Source of the DNA: an uncultured Anaerolineales bacterium
GTDB lineage: Bacteria > Chloroflexota > Anaerolineae > Anaerolineales > E44-bin32
Length of the DNA: 64,000 nt
Direction of reading: 5' to 3'
Assembly: GCA_965195195.1 (NCBI GenBank)
Contig: CBDAFF010000039.1
Span: 137,188 to 201,187 of the forward strand
This document shows, piece after piece, positions 1-9,892 of the stretch. Numbering within the stretch: position 1 is the stretch's first letter; each line of letters begins with the position of its first letter. The position numbers were made by a program, and so were the translations under genes. The notes beneath the pieces were generated by a model. The model was not told the DNA's origin and did not search any database. It was given only the letters and a program-made list of their open reading frames with translations.

Positions 1-2061
1 CGCCAGTGTGAAATAATCAGCGGACAGGAAGGGAACTCGCAGCGTTGTCATTGCCTCCGGATCGTAGGATGTATCCATCCAAATTCCGTCAATCAGGCTG
101 AAGGTTCTCGATCCGACTAAGCGCACGACATCCGCGCTGGATGAGTCCAGTTGGGGAGCAACCTCAGCGGAGCGGATATCAGATTCTGCAGCCGCACGAC
201 CAACGGCTTTCTCCCCGCTGACTTCCATCGGGGCAGCCAACATCTCATCAAAGGCATGGTCGGCGATGCCTTCCTGCGCATTGGCGCCGAGTGCCATCGG
301 TTCCGTCACCAGATAGGATGTGTACGGTGTGACGATCCCATAGCGGATGCTCAATTGGACAATCTGGGCGACAGTCTCCTCATCCGGACCTTGAAGACGG
401 ACCTGGTTCAACAGGGAGCCGATCTTGCGCGTCGCCCAGAGGCGAGGCAGGAAGTCTTCGCCCCCGGAGGAGCGGAAGCGCTGTCTTTCATATTCGAAGG
501 TCAAATCATCTTCGTTGGCCACGCCGCTTAAGCTAATCGTTTCAACGCCGGAACCGCGATAACGCCCGACGAGGATTAATTGGCTGCCTGCGAACAAGTC
601 GGGAAGCGGCTGCAGATAGAGGTCGAAGGTGACGATGTCGCCAAAGTCGATTTCTATATCTGTAAGGACCGGCATGCTCACTTTCGTGTAAAAAGCGGAG
701 ACCGTCTCATCGATCGCTTGGTCTGGGGTGACGTACGTTGTCGTTCCCCGATTTTCTTGGGCGAGTGAATCCAGCAGGTACGTGTCCACGTCGTAGCCGA
801 CGCCGAAGGCAAACAGTCGGATGGCTTTGAAGGTTTCACGGTCCACATTCTGAAGGATCATCTGTCTGTCCGTAACGCCTTCCGTGGGCAGGCCATCGGT
901 CATGAAGAGGAGGATGGTGGGTCGTACATGGCTGGCCATATCAATCGCTTCGAGCAGAGCTCGATTGATATCCGTTGATCCTGCGGCGGAGAGCGAATCT
1001 ATCCAGCGGATCGCTTCACCCGCCTCAGCCGCAGGTTGGAGTTCTTGGGCAAAAGAATCGGTTCCCGTGCTGAAGGTGATGATATTAAAGCGATCTTGGG
1101 GATTGAGATTCTCCAGGACATAGCGGAGCGCATCCTGTGCCTGGCGGAACTTTTCCCCATCCATGCTGCCAGATTTATCGAGCACGAGAAGAACATCCTT
1201 GGCCACACTCTCACTCTGCTCGCTTATGAAACTCGGCGCAGCGAGCAGAAGGAAGAAGCCATGCGGATCGTCGCTCTCAGGTTCCTTGAAAGTGAGTAGG
1301 TTTAGGCCAATGTCCTCGGTCGATATGGAGTAGTACAGATCGAAGTCTTTGTCAGGAGTGATGTCGAATTCCTCGTATCCGACGGTGAATCGGTGCGAAC
1401 CCTCCCGGTCGATCGCTACTTCATGCGACGGGGAATAAACTGCGCGCACGGACTGCGGCGATTGAACATCGACGCTGATGACGACCTCTTCCAATGGCAA
1501 GGTTGAGAATTTCTCCGTGTTTAGTGGATAGCGGTAATGGATCAGACCGTTATCGGCCTCCAGGATCTGGCTGTATTCCAGCTCGATCCTGCTTTCCCCA
1601 CCCGGGGGAATGGGGAAGATCGAGGCTTGCACAGCTTCCCGGTCGATATACTCCAGCAAAGCGGGATCGCGCATTTCGCGCACAATTTGCTCATAGGTTT
1701 GTCGGGCTTCTTCTTTAGTTAAAACCTTCCCCTCCACGGGTTCTCCATCGATCCACAGAGTAAACTCGTTTACCGTCGCACCCTTTGGAAGTGGGAAAAC
1801 GTAGATGCCTTCGATTGTCCAATCGTTATCATTTCGAAAGACCTGATCTACATGTGTTACTGCAACCTGGTCACGGATTTCAACATCAACATGGTGGTAC
1901 ACGATCGCCAGTTGTGAAATCGGAATAGGCCGCGGGCAAGGTCCGGGGTGGCATATCGGTGGTTGGGGGATGATGATTCCGTCGGCATAGGCAGGCACCG
2001 CGGATAGTAGAAGCCCAATCAGCAAAAGAAAATTTGGGAGCAGGAACATCTTTCGACGCAT
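1..2061 (-). CDS. Secreted VIT-domain + von Willebrand factor A (VWA) domain protein; the C-terminal end runs off the window
   Basis: My own minus-strand translation from the ATG at 2061 gives MRRKMFLLPNFLLLIGLLLSAVPAYADGIIIPQPP... (signal peptide). The frame stays open for all 687 codons down to position 1. VWA MIDAS-type motifs are present: LVLDKSGSMDG, AAGSTDI and LLFMTDGLPT. The ORF is missing from the track because it has no stop inside the window. Confidence 0.85.
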   Translation of the reverse strand, partial: MRRKMFLLPNFLLLIGLLLSAVPAYADGIIIPQPPICHPGPCPRPIPISQLAIVYHHVDVEIRDQVAVTHVDQVFRNDNDWTIEGIYVFPLPKGATVNEFTLWIDGEPVEGKVLTKEEARQTYEQIVREMRDPALLEYIDREAVQASIFPIPPGGESRIELEYSQILEADNGLIHYRYPLNTEKFSTLPLEEVVISVDVQSPQSVRAVYSPSHEVAIDREGSHRFTVGYEEFDITPDKDFDLYYSISTEDIGLNLLTFKEPESDDPHGFFLLLAAPSFISEQSESVAKDVLLVLDKSGSMDGEKFRQAQDALRYVLENLNPQDRFNIITFSTGTDSFAQELQPAAEAGEAIRWIDSLSAAGSTDINRALLEAIDMASHVRPTILLFMTDGLPTEGVTDRQMILQNVDRETFKAIRLFAFGVGYDVDTYLLDSLAQENRGTTTYVTPDQAIDETVSAFYTKVSMPVLTDIEIDFGDIVTFDLYLQPLPDLFAGSQLILVGRYRGSGVETISLSGVANEDDLTFEYERQRFRSSGGEDFLPRLWATRKIGSLLNQVRLQGPDEETVAQIVQLSIRYGIVTPYTSYLVTEPMALGANAQEGIADHAFDEMLAAPMEVSGEKAVGRAAAESDIRSAEVAPQLDSSSADVVRLVGSRTFSLIDGIWMDTSYDPEAMTTLRVPFLSADYFTLA

Positions 2062-2246
2062 GATAAACCTCCATTTGTTTACTTTCGGTTCTACATGCAA
2101 GACGAAATTCTATCCCCGTTGGTTCCCTGCGGTTAGTGAAGGCTTGCTAATAAAACTTTCGCTTAGGAGAAAGGCCGCTGTGTCTGCGTGGTACAATACA
2201 GAAAGCTCTCCCACAGAATGTCGTGGGAGTTTATTGTGTGTTGACC

Positions 2247-3308
2247 ATGAGAGATAAATTAGCGGGAATTGAAGCGAGGTTCGAGGAAATTCAACAAGAA
2301 CTCACCGAGGTTGGTGAGGACTATCAGCGCGCGGCCGAGCTTGGCCGAGAAAGAGCAGAACTGGAACCCTTCGTTAAGACCTACCAAGAGCTCAAATCCG
2401 TCATCGAACAAATTGACCAAGCCCGGAAACTTAACGACTCCGATGATCCTGACATGCGTGCACTTGCGGTTGAGGAATTGGCTATGTTGGAGCCGAAGTT
2501 AGAGGAACTCGAGGCGGAACTGAAGACCATGCTCCTGCCGAGCGATCCCCGCGATCGGCGCAATGTTATCGTTGAAATCCGCGCCGGAACGGGGGGTAAT
2601 GAGGCCACACTCTTCGCTGCTGATCTTTTTCGGATGTACAGCCACTACGCCGAAGCCATGAATTGGACTGTCGAAATCCTCTCCCAGAACGAGACGGGTG
2701 TGGGTGGTTTCAAAGAAATCGCTTTTCTCGTTAAAGGCAAAGGGGCTTATTCTCGTTTGAAATACGAATCGGGAGTTCATCGGGTGCAGCGTGTTCCGGT
2801 CACCGAGTCTCAGGGTCGCATTCACACTTCCACAGCGACTGTCGCCATGCTGGCGGAGGCGGATGAGGTTGAGATTCAGATCCCGGAAAAGGATGTTAAG
2901 ATGGATGTCTATCGCTCCGCCGGTGCCGGGGGTCAGAGCGTCCAGAAGAACTCAACGGCGGTCAGGTTGACGCATCTCCCGTCCGGAATGGTAGTCCAGT
3001 GCCAGGATGAGCGTTCTCAGCTTCAGAATAGGATGCGGGCGATGAGCATCATGCGCGCCCGGTTGTATGACATCGCTGTCCATGAAAAGCAGGCGGAGGA
3101 AGACGCAGACCGCAAAGCGCAGGTTGGTTCTGGAGGGCGCTCCGAGAAGATCCGCACCTATAATTTCCCCCAATCGCGCGTAACTGACCATCGCATTGGC
3201 ATCACCTCACATAATCTACCATCCGTACTTGATGGAGATCTCGATGCATTCATCGACGAACTGGCCACCCGTGAGGAGGCTGATCGTTTGCAGGCTGTGA
3301 GCAACTGA
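2247..3308 (+). CDS. prfA: Peptide chain release factor 1
   Basis: GGQ motif (AGAGGQSVQKNSTAVRLTHLPSG) and an RF1-type PxT tripeptide (RVPVTESQGRIHTS). The N-terminus MRDKLAGIEARFEEI matches RF1 N-termini, so ATG 2247 is preferred over the track start at 2223. Confidence 0.95.
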   Translation: MRDKLAGIEARFEEIQQELTEVGEDYQRAAELGRERAELEPFVKTYQELKSVIEQIDQARKLNDSDDPDMRALAVEELAMLEPKLEELEAELKTMLLPSDPRDRRNVIVEIRAGTGGNEATLFAADLFRMYSHYAEAMNWTVEILSQNETGVGGFKEIAFLVKGKGAYSRLKYESGVHRVQRVPVTESQGRIHTSTATVAMLAEADEVEIQIPEKDVKMDVYRSAGAGGQSVQKNSTAVRLTHLPSGMVVQCQDERSQLQNRMRAMSIMRARLYDIAVHEKQAEEDADRKAQVGSGGRSEKIRTYNFPQSRVTDHRIGITSHNLPSVLDGDLDAFIDELATREEADRLQAVSN

Positions 3309-3310
3309 GA

Positions 3311-4177
3311 TTGAGTCATCCTGTAACGGTAAGCGAGGCACTGAAGCACAGTCGTCAGGCTCTAATTTCAGTTTCTGAAACCCCAACCCTCGATGCACAG
3401 CTGCTCCTGGCGTATACACTCAAACGCAAAAAGGAGTGGGTGCTCGTTCACTCCGAACATCATCTTTCATCCAGCGAATTAACGACTTTCGAAGAGTATC
3501 TTGACCGGCTGGTCTCTGGTGAAGCGCTGCCCTATCTGCTCGGATCGTGGGCGTTTTATGGACGTTCGTTTCATGTGACTGCGGATGTTCTCATCCCGCG
3601 ACCAGAGACAGAGTTGTTGATTGAAAATGCGCTTGGTTTCCTTCGTTCTCACCCAAAAGTGAGGCTCTGTGCCGACATAGGGACCGGTTCGGGCTGTATT
3701 GCCATCTCTCTCGCGTTGGAGATCCCCGACCTGCAAGTTATTGCTGTTGATGTTTCTCCATCTGCGATAGAAGTAGCGCAAGAAAATGCTAAAAGGCATG
3801 GAGTTGATGATCGGGTTAAGTTGATTGTCTCCGACCTTTTGCATCCGTTCGATTTCCGCTTCGGCTTGATTTGCGCGAATTTACCCTATATCCCATCGGA
3901 GCGGCTGGAACGGTTGGCTGTCGCGGAACGTGAACCAGCTCTCGCCTTAGATGGCGGAATGGATGGGCTGGCGGTGATCCGGCGTCTGGCGCATGAGCTG
4001 CCTGATTGGCTGGTCCCTGGTGGAAGGGCGCTGCTGGAAGTGGATTCTTCTCACGCCCACATGTTGGCAGGAGAACTTACATCCATGTATTCTTCAGTAA
4101 GGGTTGACGTCTTGAAAGATTTATCTGGAAGAGATCGAGTGGTCATGCTTGAGAAAACGGACTCGCAAGGGTCATGA
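3311..4177 (+). CDS. prmC: Release-factor glutamine N5-methyltransferase (HemK/PrmC)
   Basis: SAM motif DIGTGSGCIA and a catalytic NPPY-like motif (NLPYIP). It sits immediately downstream of prfA, which is the conserved synteny. TTG start. Confidence 0.9.
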   Translation: MSHPVTVSEALKHSRQALISVSETPTLDAQLLLAYTLKRKKEWVLVHSEHHLSSSELTTFEEYLDRLVSGEALPYLLGSWAFYGRSFHVTADVLIPRPETELLIENALGFLRSHPKVRLCADIGTGSGCIAISLALEIPDLQVIAVDVSPSAIEVAQENAKRHGVDDRVKLIVSDLLHPFDFRFGLICANLPYIPSERLERLAVAEREPALALDGGMDGLAVIRRLAHELPDWLVPGGRALLEVDSSHAHMLAGELTSMYSSVRVDVLKDLSGRDRVVMLEKTDSQGS

Positions 4178-4791
4178 TGGAAATCGTGAAAACGATCGGT
4201 TCTGAGTGGAAACAGCAAGCGATCGAGGTGCTCGGGCGAGGGGAATTGGTCGCTTTTCCGACAGATACTGTTTATGGCCTCGGAGTGGATGCCTTCAACG
4301 ATCAGGCGGTTCGGAAACTTTTTCTGGCGAAGGGTCGCAACCAGGAGAAGGCTATCCCGGTTCTCGTCGCGAACCTTGAGCAATTCGTCGACATCGTTGA
4401 CCGGACAACTCTCCCGGCGATGCGATTAGTCGAGAGGTTCTGGCCGGGACCCTTGACGATTGTCCTTGGGCAAGCTTCCGATCTCGCAGAGGCGATCAGT
4501 GCTTATGGCACAGTTGGTGTTCGAATCCCTGACCATCCGATTGCACAGGAGCTAATTCGTGCATCAGGGCCATTAGCTGTCACCTCCGCGAACCGCTCGG
4601 GGGATCCGGAAGCATGCACTGCGGATGAGATCGAAACGAATATGGGTGCGCAAGTGGATTTGATCGTTGACGGGGGCAGAACGCCTGGCGGTCAACCCTC
4701 GACCGTAGTGGATTGCACGCAGGACCCGCCCACGATACTGCGTGTGGGACCGATTACTGAAGACGAGATCCGCTCGGTCCTTCTTGACTGA
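4174..4791 (+). CDS. tsaC: L-threonylcarbamoyladenylate synthase, YrdC-domain-only type (TsaC/YwlC)
   Basis: YrdC/Sua5 motifs FPTDTVYGLG and AVTSANRSG. It overlaps the prmC stop by 4 nt. The prfA-prmC-tsaC order matches Bacillus prfA-prmC-ywlC. Confidence 0.85.
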   Translation: MMEIVKTIGSEWKQQAIEVLGRGELVAFPTDTVYGLGVDAFNDQAVRKLFLAKGRNQEKAIPVLVANLEQFVDIVDRTTLPAMRLVERFWPGPLTIVLGQASDLAEAISAYGTVGVRIPDHPIAQELIRASGPLAVTSANRSGDPEACTADEIETNMGAQVDLIVDGGRTPGGQPSTVVDCTQDPPTILRVGPITEDEIRSVLLD

Positions 4792-4875
4792 GATTGCCAA
4801 CGCTTAAGAAACATTAAGCTTTCATTCATCTAGCGCTAATCTAAGAATGTATGATTAAGGTTGCATTCTCCTCAT

Positions 4876-4917
4876 CAAAGCCGTGCTATGGAGTCACAAG
4901 CCCAGAGCACGGCTTTG
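4876..4917. terminator. Bidirectional stem-loop between the convergent tsaC and esterase genes
   Basis: A perfect 12-bp stem, CAAAGCCGTGCT ... AGCACGGCTTTG, with an 18-nt loop, lying in the convergent intergenic region. No strong U-tract follows. Confidence 0.45.
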
Positions 4918-5113
4918 ATCTTTAACCTTCATAGTGAAGTTCTTATTTGGCAGGTCAGAGAATATTACCCTCGGTATAGTCCTCGTGGAGCGGTGTCGCA
5001 ATGAAGAACCTCGATCTGCTCTTGTGATAGCTTCTATCTGGAAACTACAAGTTTCTTCGCATCGCTGTTCTTGAGCTTAGAATGGCAATCCTCCAGAACA
5101 CCATGAATTTGCA

Positions 5114-6055
5114 TTAGTCAATGATGCGTTCGAGCTTCCACGTTTCGAGGGATGAAGCGTTCATCCAATGAGCCGCGTACCATTGTAGGTAGCCGGCAAT
5201 GTGTGCGCGCCAGTAATCGGATGTGTGATCGCCGGCGTAGATATGTACGATTGCTTCCAGGTCATTTTGTGAGAGAAGGTTAAGGAGATTTTGGGTGCTG
5301 GGCAGCAGCGAGTCATGGTCGCCAATATCCATCCAAACGTCCGGGCGCTGCTCAATTGGGATTGCCAGCAGCCATTGAAGAATGAGCCCTTCGGCATTGA
5401 GTGTTGCCGGGCTGTGGAGCCCGAGGATGGAAAACACATCGGCATGAGTGAGGGCTATCCTCAGGGCTTGCCCGGCGCCTCTTGAAATACCACCGATCGC
5501 CCGCCATTCTGGTTCAGATCTAGTGCGATAGGTCTGGTCGATGTGTGGGATGAGCACGTCAATGACCGCAGTCTCTATTTCAATACCGGTCCGCTGCCAA
5601 GGCATGATGATTAGAAAGGGTGGCAGAATGCCGCTTTCGATCATGGCGTTTGCAGTTTCATCGATTCCCAGTTCATCCCATTGTGCGTCCGTTCCCTGTA
5701 GACCGTGTAGTAAATAGAGCGCCGGATAAGTTCGCTCAGGCTGCTCATCGTAGCATGGAGGAAGATAGACTCTGAAGGGCAGGGCTCTGGGGAGTGAGGG
5801 ATGATCGATCTCCGCCAGAATTATTTGCCCCTCTGATCCAGAACAAGTTGTAACTGTTGCAGTTGTCAACAAAGGAACCTGGGAGGGGCTTTCTGTCTGG
5901 TGAACTTCCGTGGAGGGAAGCGTCCTTACTGGGGTTGCTGAAGGCGGAGGTGATGTTAAAGTTACAGAGGGACTGACCGGAGTGGAACAGCCACTGGTAG
6001 CCAGTGAGAGAAGTGTTCCCATCAGGAAGAAGCGAAGCACCCCGCCGATCTGCAT
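5114..6055 (-). CDS. Alpha/beta-hydrolase of the putative esterase family (esterase D / enterochelin-esterase-like), probable lipoprotein
   Basis: Nucleophile elbow GISRG and the YLLHG motif typical of the PF00756-type family. Signal peptide with a lipobox-like LATSGC after Met26 of the track ORF, so the start is moved to 6055. A Pro/Ser/Thr-rich linker follows. Confidence 0.7.
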   Translation of the reverse strand: MQIGGVLRFFLMGTLLSLATSGCSTPVSPSVTLTSPPPSATPVRTLPSTEVHQTESPSQVPLLTTATVTTCSGSEGQIILAEIDHPSLPRALPFRVYLPPCYDEQPERTYPALYLLHGLQGTDAQWDELGIDETANAMIESGILPPFLIIMPWQRTGIEIETAVIDVLIPHIDQTYRTRSEPEWRAIGGISRGAGQALRIALTHADVFSILGLHSPATLNAEGLILQWLLAIPIEQRPDVWMDIGDHDSLLPSTQNLLNLLSQNDLEAIVHIYAGDHTSDYWRAHIAGYLQWYAAHWMNASSLETWKLERIID

Positions 6056-6167
6056 CTTATTCGCAGACCAGCGGGGGCGCCTGTTATCACAAGAATATGT
6101 TGGATGCCTCCGTGGGTCAAGTTTATCCATCTTGAAAAGAACTAGGGTGAAGTCCCCTCACATACAT

Positions 6168-7043
6168 TCATCCAAAGCGACCTTCGACGTAATCCTCGGT
6201 CCGGGAGTCGAGCGGGTTCGTGAAGACCTGTTTGCCGATGGTGTATTCGATCAACTCACCTCCCAGGAAAAACGCGGCGTAATCAGCAACACGCGCGGCT
6301 TGCTGGACGGAGTGAGGCACAAGCACGATCGTGTAGTTCTCCTTCAGCGTTTGTAGTGATGCTTCTACTTTTCCGGTAGAAATTGGATCCAAACCCGATG
6401 TTGGTTCATCGAGGAGGATGACCTCAGGTTCAAGGACAAGGGAGCGCGCCAGGCAAATACGCTGCTGCTGCCCTCCTGAGAGGGCGACGGCAGGTTCATC
6501 CAGGCGGTCTTTTACCTCATCCCAGATCGCTGCAGCTTTCAGGCTTCTCTCAATTGCCGCGGCGTGTATGGAGCGATCTCTTTGTCCAGCGAGCTCGAGG
6601 CCATAGGTCAGGTTCTGGCGTATGGTGAGAGGGAGAACGACAGGTCGCGCAAAGACGATGCCGACTTTTCGTCGCAGCTTGATGACATCGATTTCTGGGC
6701 TAAGGATGTCAACCCCATCGAGCCATACATGTCCTTGAACTTTGACCACATCAGCCAGGTCGTTCAAGCGGTTTATCGTTCTGAGGAGCGTAGATTTCCC
6801 ACCACCGGCTGGACCGAAGAGCACGGTGATGGCGTTCTTGGGGATTGCGAGATAGATGTCTTTCAGTGATTCTGTGCCGTCGGAGTAGGAGATCGAAAGA
6901 TGTTCAACGATGATCTTCGGATCGGTGAGGACGATTTCCATTGATGCATTCAGGGCGCGCGGCTTCACTTCCATTGGTTTGGGGGACGACTCGTTTCGGT
7001 CAGAATGGAACGCGTTCACCATTGTCTCCTGGAGCGTGCCCAC
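6168..7043 (-). CDS. pstB: Divergent phosphate ABC transporter ATP-binding protein (PstB paralog 1); the last gene of pstSCAB
   Basis: Collinear with PstB through to the C-terminal EDYVEGRFG. Walker A is GPAGGGKST, the signature is a canonical LSGGQQQR and Walker B is ILLDEPTSGLD. The Q-loop Gln is replaced (VGIVFARP) and the H-loop reads VPHS. The true start is probably an internal Met (6974 or 6941), which would remove the overlap with pstA. Confidence 0.85.
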   Translation of the reverse strand: MGTLQETMVNAFHSDRNESSPKPMEVKPRALNASMEIVLTDPKIIVEHLSISYSDGTESLKDIYLAIPKNAITVLFGPAGGGKSTLLRTINRLNDLADVVKVQGHVWLDGVDILSPEIDVIKLRRKVGIVFARPVVLPLTIRQNLTYGLELAGQRDRSIHAAAIERSLKAAAIWDEVKDRLDEPAVALSGGQQQRICLARSLVLEPEVILLDEPTSGLDPISTGKVEASLQTLKENYTIVLVPHSVQQAARVADYAAFFLGGELIEYTIGKQVFTNPLDSRTEDYVEGRFG

Positions 7044-7921
7044 GAGCGGATCACCGTGGCGGTGATGTTCATCAAGAGAACGAAGGTGAGCAGAACGACT
7101 GCTGTTCCATATTGGATCTGGATAGGCATTCCCGGCACCTGCGTCGAGATCACGAAGAGATGGTAGGGGAGTGCCATGGTTGCATCAAAAATGGACGAAG
7201 GGAGGCGGGGGAGGTAAAAAGCGGCGACCGTGAAGAGAATCGGCGCTGTCTCCCCGGCAGCGCGCTCGAGACCTAGAACAACTCCAGTGAGAATCCCGGG
7301 AAGCGCCTGAGGGAGCACGACCCTACGAATCGTTTGCCAGCGCGTTCCACCAAGTGAGATGCTTACAACCCGAAAACTATTGGGCACGGCGCGGAGTGCC
7401 TCTTCAGTCGTGCTGATGATAACTGGCAGAGTCATGATGGCGAGCGTCAGGGAACCGGCGAGAATACTTGTTCCCATACGCAGGAAAAGGACGAACAGAC
7501 CTAGGCCGAAGAGTCCATACACGATGGAGGGGATGCCCGCGAGATTGATTATGGCAATGCGGATGGCTCTCGTCCAGCGGTTCTCGGTCGCGTACTCGGA
7601 TAAATAGATGGCAGCGCCGATCCCCAACGGCACGCTGAATGCAGCAGTGCCAAGAGTTAACCAGAAAGTCCCCACAATGGCAGGGAATATCCCGCCGGCG
7701 CGCATCCCCTCGCGCGGGAATGTAAAAAGAAACTCCCATGAGATAGCAGGTAATCCATTGGAGAATATGTGGATGACGATCAGAAGAATAGGCGTGACGG
7801 TTACGAGCGTCGCCAGCGTTAAACCGGTGAATCCGATCCTTTGCATCCACTTTCTGCGCTGAGAAAATGATGCAGCCACTCGGCTCTCCACAGTCGTGCT
7901 GAAGTTATTCCCTGCTGCCAT
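7016..7921 (-). CDS. pstA: Phosphate ABC transporter permease PstA
   Basis: A six-TM permease placed between pstC and pstB. It carries the C-terminal block typical of PstA (GETAPILFT ... ALPYHL). Confidence 0.85.
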   Translation of the reverse strand: MAAGNNFSTTVESRVAASFSQRRKWMQRIGFTGLTLATLVTVTPILLIVIHIFSNGLPAISWEFLFTFPREGMRAGGIFPAIVGTFWLTLGTAAFSVPLGIGAAIYLSEYATENRWTRAIRIAIINLAGIPSIVYGLFGLGLFVLFLRMGTSILAGSLTLAIMTLPVIISTTEEALRAVPNSFRVVSISLGGTRWQTIRRVVLPQALPGILTGVVLGLERAAGETAPILFTVAAFYLPRLPSSIFDATMALPYHLFVISTQVPGMPIQIQYGTAVVLLTFVLLMNITATVIRSWARSRRQW

Positions 7922-7974
7922 GCTCTCCCTATCGCTCGTTGTAAACCTGATTCTTCATGAAGCTTGATGGAACC

Positions 7975-8868
7975 TCAAGACAGGATTCTTTCCGTTCGCT
8001 TCCGCTGGCGGAATACGACACTTGCCGCGATGAGGTTGACGGTTAGTGAGATGAGGAAAAGGATTATGCCGATTAAGAAGAGAACGTGGTAATGGGTACT
8101 CCCACCGGCGACTTCCCCCATTTCTGCTGCGATCGTCGCCGTCATCGTCCTCACGGGCTTGAATAAGGCTCCGAGTCCTGTTGGGAAGACAGCCGCGTTA
8201 CCTGTAACCATCATGACGGTCATCGTCTCACCGATGGCCCGGCCGACCCCCAGCATGACAGCGGTGAGAACCCCTGATTTTGCTGCTGGGAGAGTCACTT
8301 TCCAAATTGTTTGCCAACGGGTTGCGCCCATGGCAAGAGCTGCTTCCCGGTAGATTTTAGGAACTGCATCAAGCGCGTCCTCGGCTACGCTTACAATCGT
8401 TGGAATTGCCATTCCGCCGAGGATCAATGCGCCGGTGAAGGCGGTGAGACCCGTCGGTAGGTTTAGAGCTTGTCGAAGGGCAGGTACGATGACCAGGATT
8501 CCGATGAACCCCAACATGACCGATGGGAGTCCGCCTAAAACTTCCACCAATGGTTTTAAGACCTCTCGTGCCCAGCGGGGAGCTACCTCGGCGATGTAGA
8601 TCGCGCTAACGAGGCCGAGTGGAACGGAGAAGATTGCAGCTCCGAGCGTGACGATCAGTGATCCCCCAATGAGAGGCAAGAGCCCAAAACGGTCTTCGAT
8701 TGGGTACCAACGAAGTTGAAGGAAGTTTTCAAGTGGAACCCTGATGAGTGCCGGCGATCCCTCTTTAATTAAGAAGACGAAGATCATACCTACAAAGATG
8801 ATGGCAGAGTAGCCACAGACTTTAATTAGGCTTGTGATGAGGATGTCTTTGAATTTGCCAGCCTTCAT
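7975..8868 (-). CDS. pstC: Phosphate ABC transporter permease PstC
   Basis: A polytopic permease with the block GRAIGETMTVMMVTGN, directly downstream of pstS. ATG at 8868 is preceded by GAGGGA, and that ribosome-binding site overlaps the pstS stop. Confidence 0.85.
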   Translation of the reverse strand: MKAGKFKDILITSLIKVCGYSAIIFVGMIFVFLIKEGSPALIRVPLENFLQLRWYPIEDRFGLLPLIGGSLIVTLGAAIFSVPLGLVSAIYIAEVAPRWAREVLKPLVEVLGGLPSVMLGFIGILVIVPALRQALNLPTGLTAFTGALILGGMAIPTIVSVAEDALDAVPKIYREAALAMGATRWQTIWKVTLPAAKSGVLTAVMLGVGRAIGETMTVMMVTGNAAVFPTGLGALFKPVRTMTATIAAEMGEVAGGSTHYHVLFLIGIILFLISLTVNLIAASVVFRQRKRTERILS

Positions 8869-8875
8869 TTTTCCC

Positions 8876-9772
8876 TCATTGGTTGACGGGCACAAACCCT
8901 AGTTCGCTGACGATTTCCTGAGCTTGCGGAGATAAAATCCAGTCAAGATACGCTTTAATTTCGCCAGTTGGTTCTCCGACGGTGTACATATAAAGATCCC
9001 GGGCAATGGGATACTGGTTTGAATTCACAGTCTCGGGAGAGGGGTAAACAAAGGAACCCTCGAAGCTGATGCCTACAGCAACTACTTTTACCTCATCTGT
9101 AACATAGCCGAGACCGTCGTATCCAATCGCATTCGGATTCTCGCGGACTTCCGAGGTGATCCCCTCCGAGGATGGAAGCAGAAGCGTTTCAGCAGAGAAA
9201 AGCGTCTCGCTCTGCTTATCACCGAGACGCAGAACGTTTTCAAGAAAATACACGTGTGTCCCGGAATTCGTCTCCCGTGAGAGGCGGACGATTGGTCGAT
9301 CTTCTCCCCCAACTTCGCTCCAGTTATTGATTTTCCCGCTGTAGATGTCGGAGATTAATGGCAGGGTAAGATTGTCAACGGGATTCTCATGATTGACGAT
9401 GATGGCAATCGCGTCGCGGGCGATGATAAATTCCGTCGGTGTGACGCCGTTCGCTTCCGCTTCCGCTTGCTCTTCGGGTTTTATCTGCCGCGAGGCGTTG
9501 GCGATGTCAACCGTCCCATTGATCAACGCAGCGATCCCCGTTCCAGAACCACCGCCCGTAATCGACAAACTGACTTCCGGGCGGATCTCTTGATAAGCCT
9601 CAGCCCATGCGAGCGCCAGGTTAACAATCGTATCAGAGCCTTTATTCTCGATGGGGCGGGTGGCTGAGGTGCGAGACTCTTGAGAAGTCATCGATCCGCA
9701 CGCCGGTAAGAGGAACAGGATGGTGAAGAGGAGGGACCCAATATGTGTGCGCCTCCACATCGTTGATCGCAT
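8876..9772 (-). CDS. pstS: Phosphate-binding protein PstS (lipoprotein)
   Basis: Signal peptide plus lipobox (LLPACGS). PBP_like_2 motif ITGGGSGTGIAALINGTVDIANASR. Confidence 0.9.
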   Translation of the reverse strand: MRSTMWRRTHIGSLLFTILFLLPACGSMTSQESRTSATRPIENKGSDTIVNLALAWAEAYQEIRPEVSLSITGGGSGTGIAALINGTVDIANASRQIKPEEQAEAEANGVTPTEFIIARDAIAIIVNHENPVDNLTLPLISDIYSGKINNWSEVGGEDRPIVRLSRETNSGTHVYFLENVLRLGDKQSETLFSAETLLLPSSEGITSEVRENPNAIGYDGLGYVTDEVKVVAVGISFEGSFVYPSPETVNSNQYPIARDLYMYTVGEPTGEIKAYLDWILSPQAQEIVSELGFVPVNQ

Positions 9773-9892
9773 AGAAGTAAATTATACGCCTAAACAAAAC
9801 CATTCCAAATTGAATGAGTACAAATCCTTGAGTTTTGCGTTTCTCCCGTGGGGTACCAGAAGAACGTGCTCAAGTGGTGTAAAATGCATCTT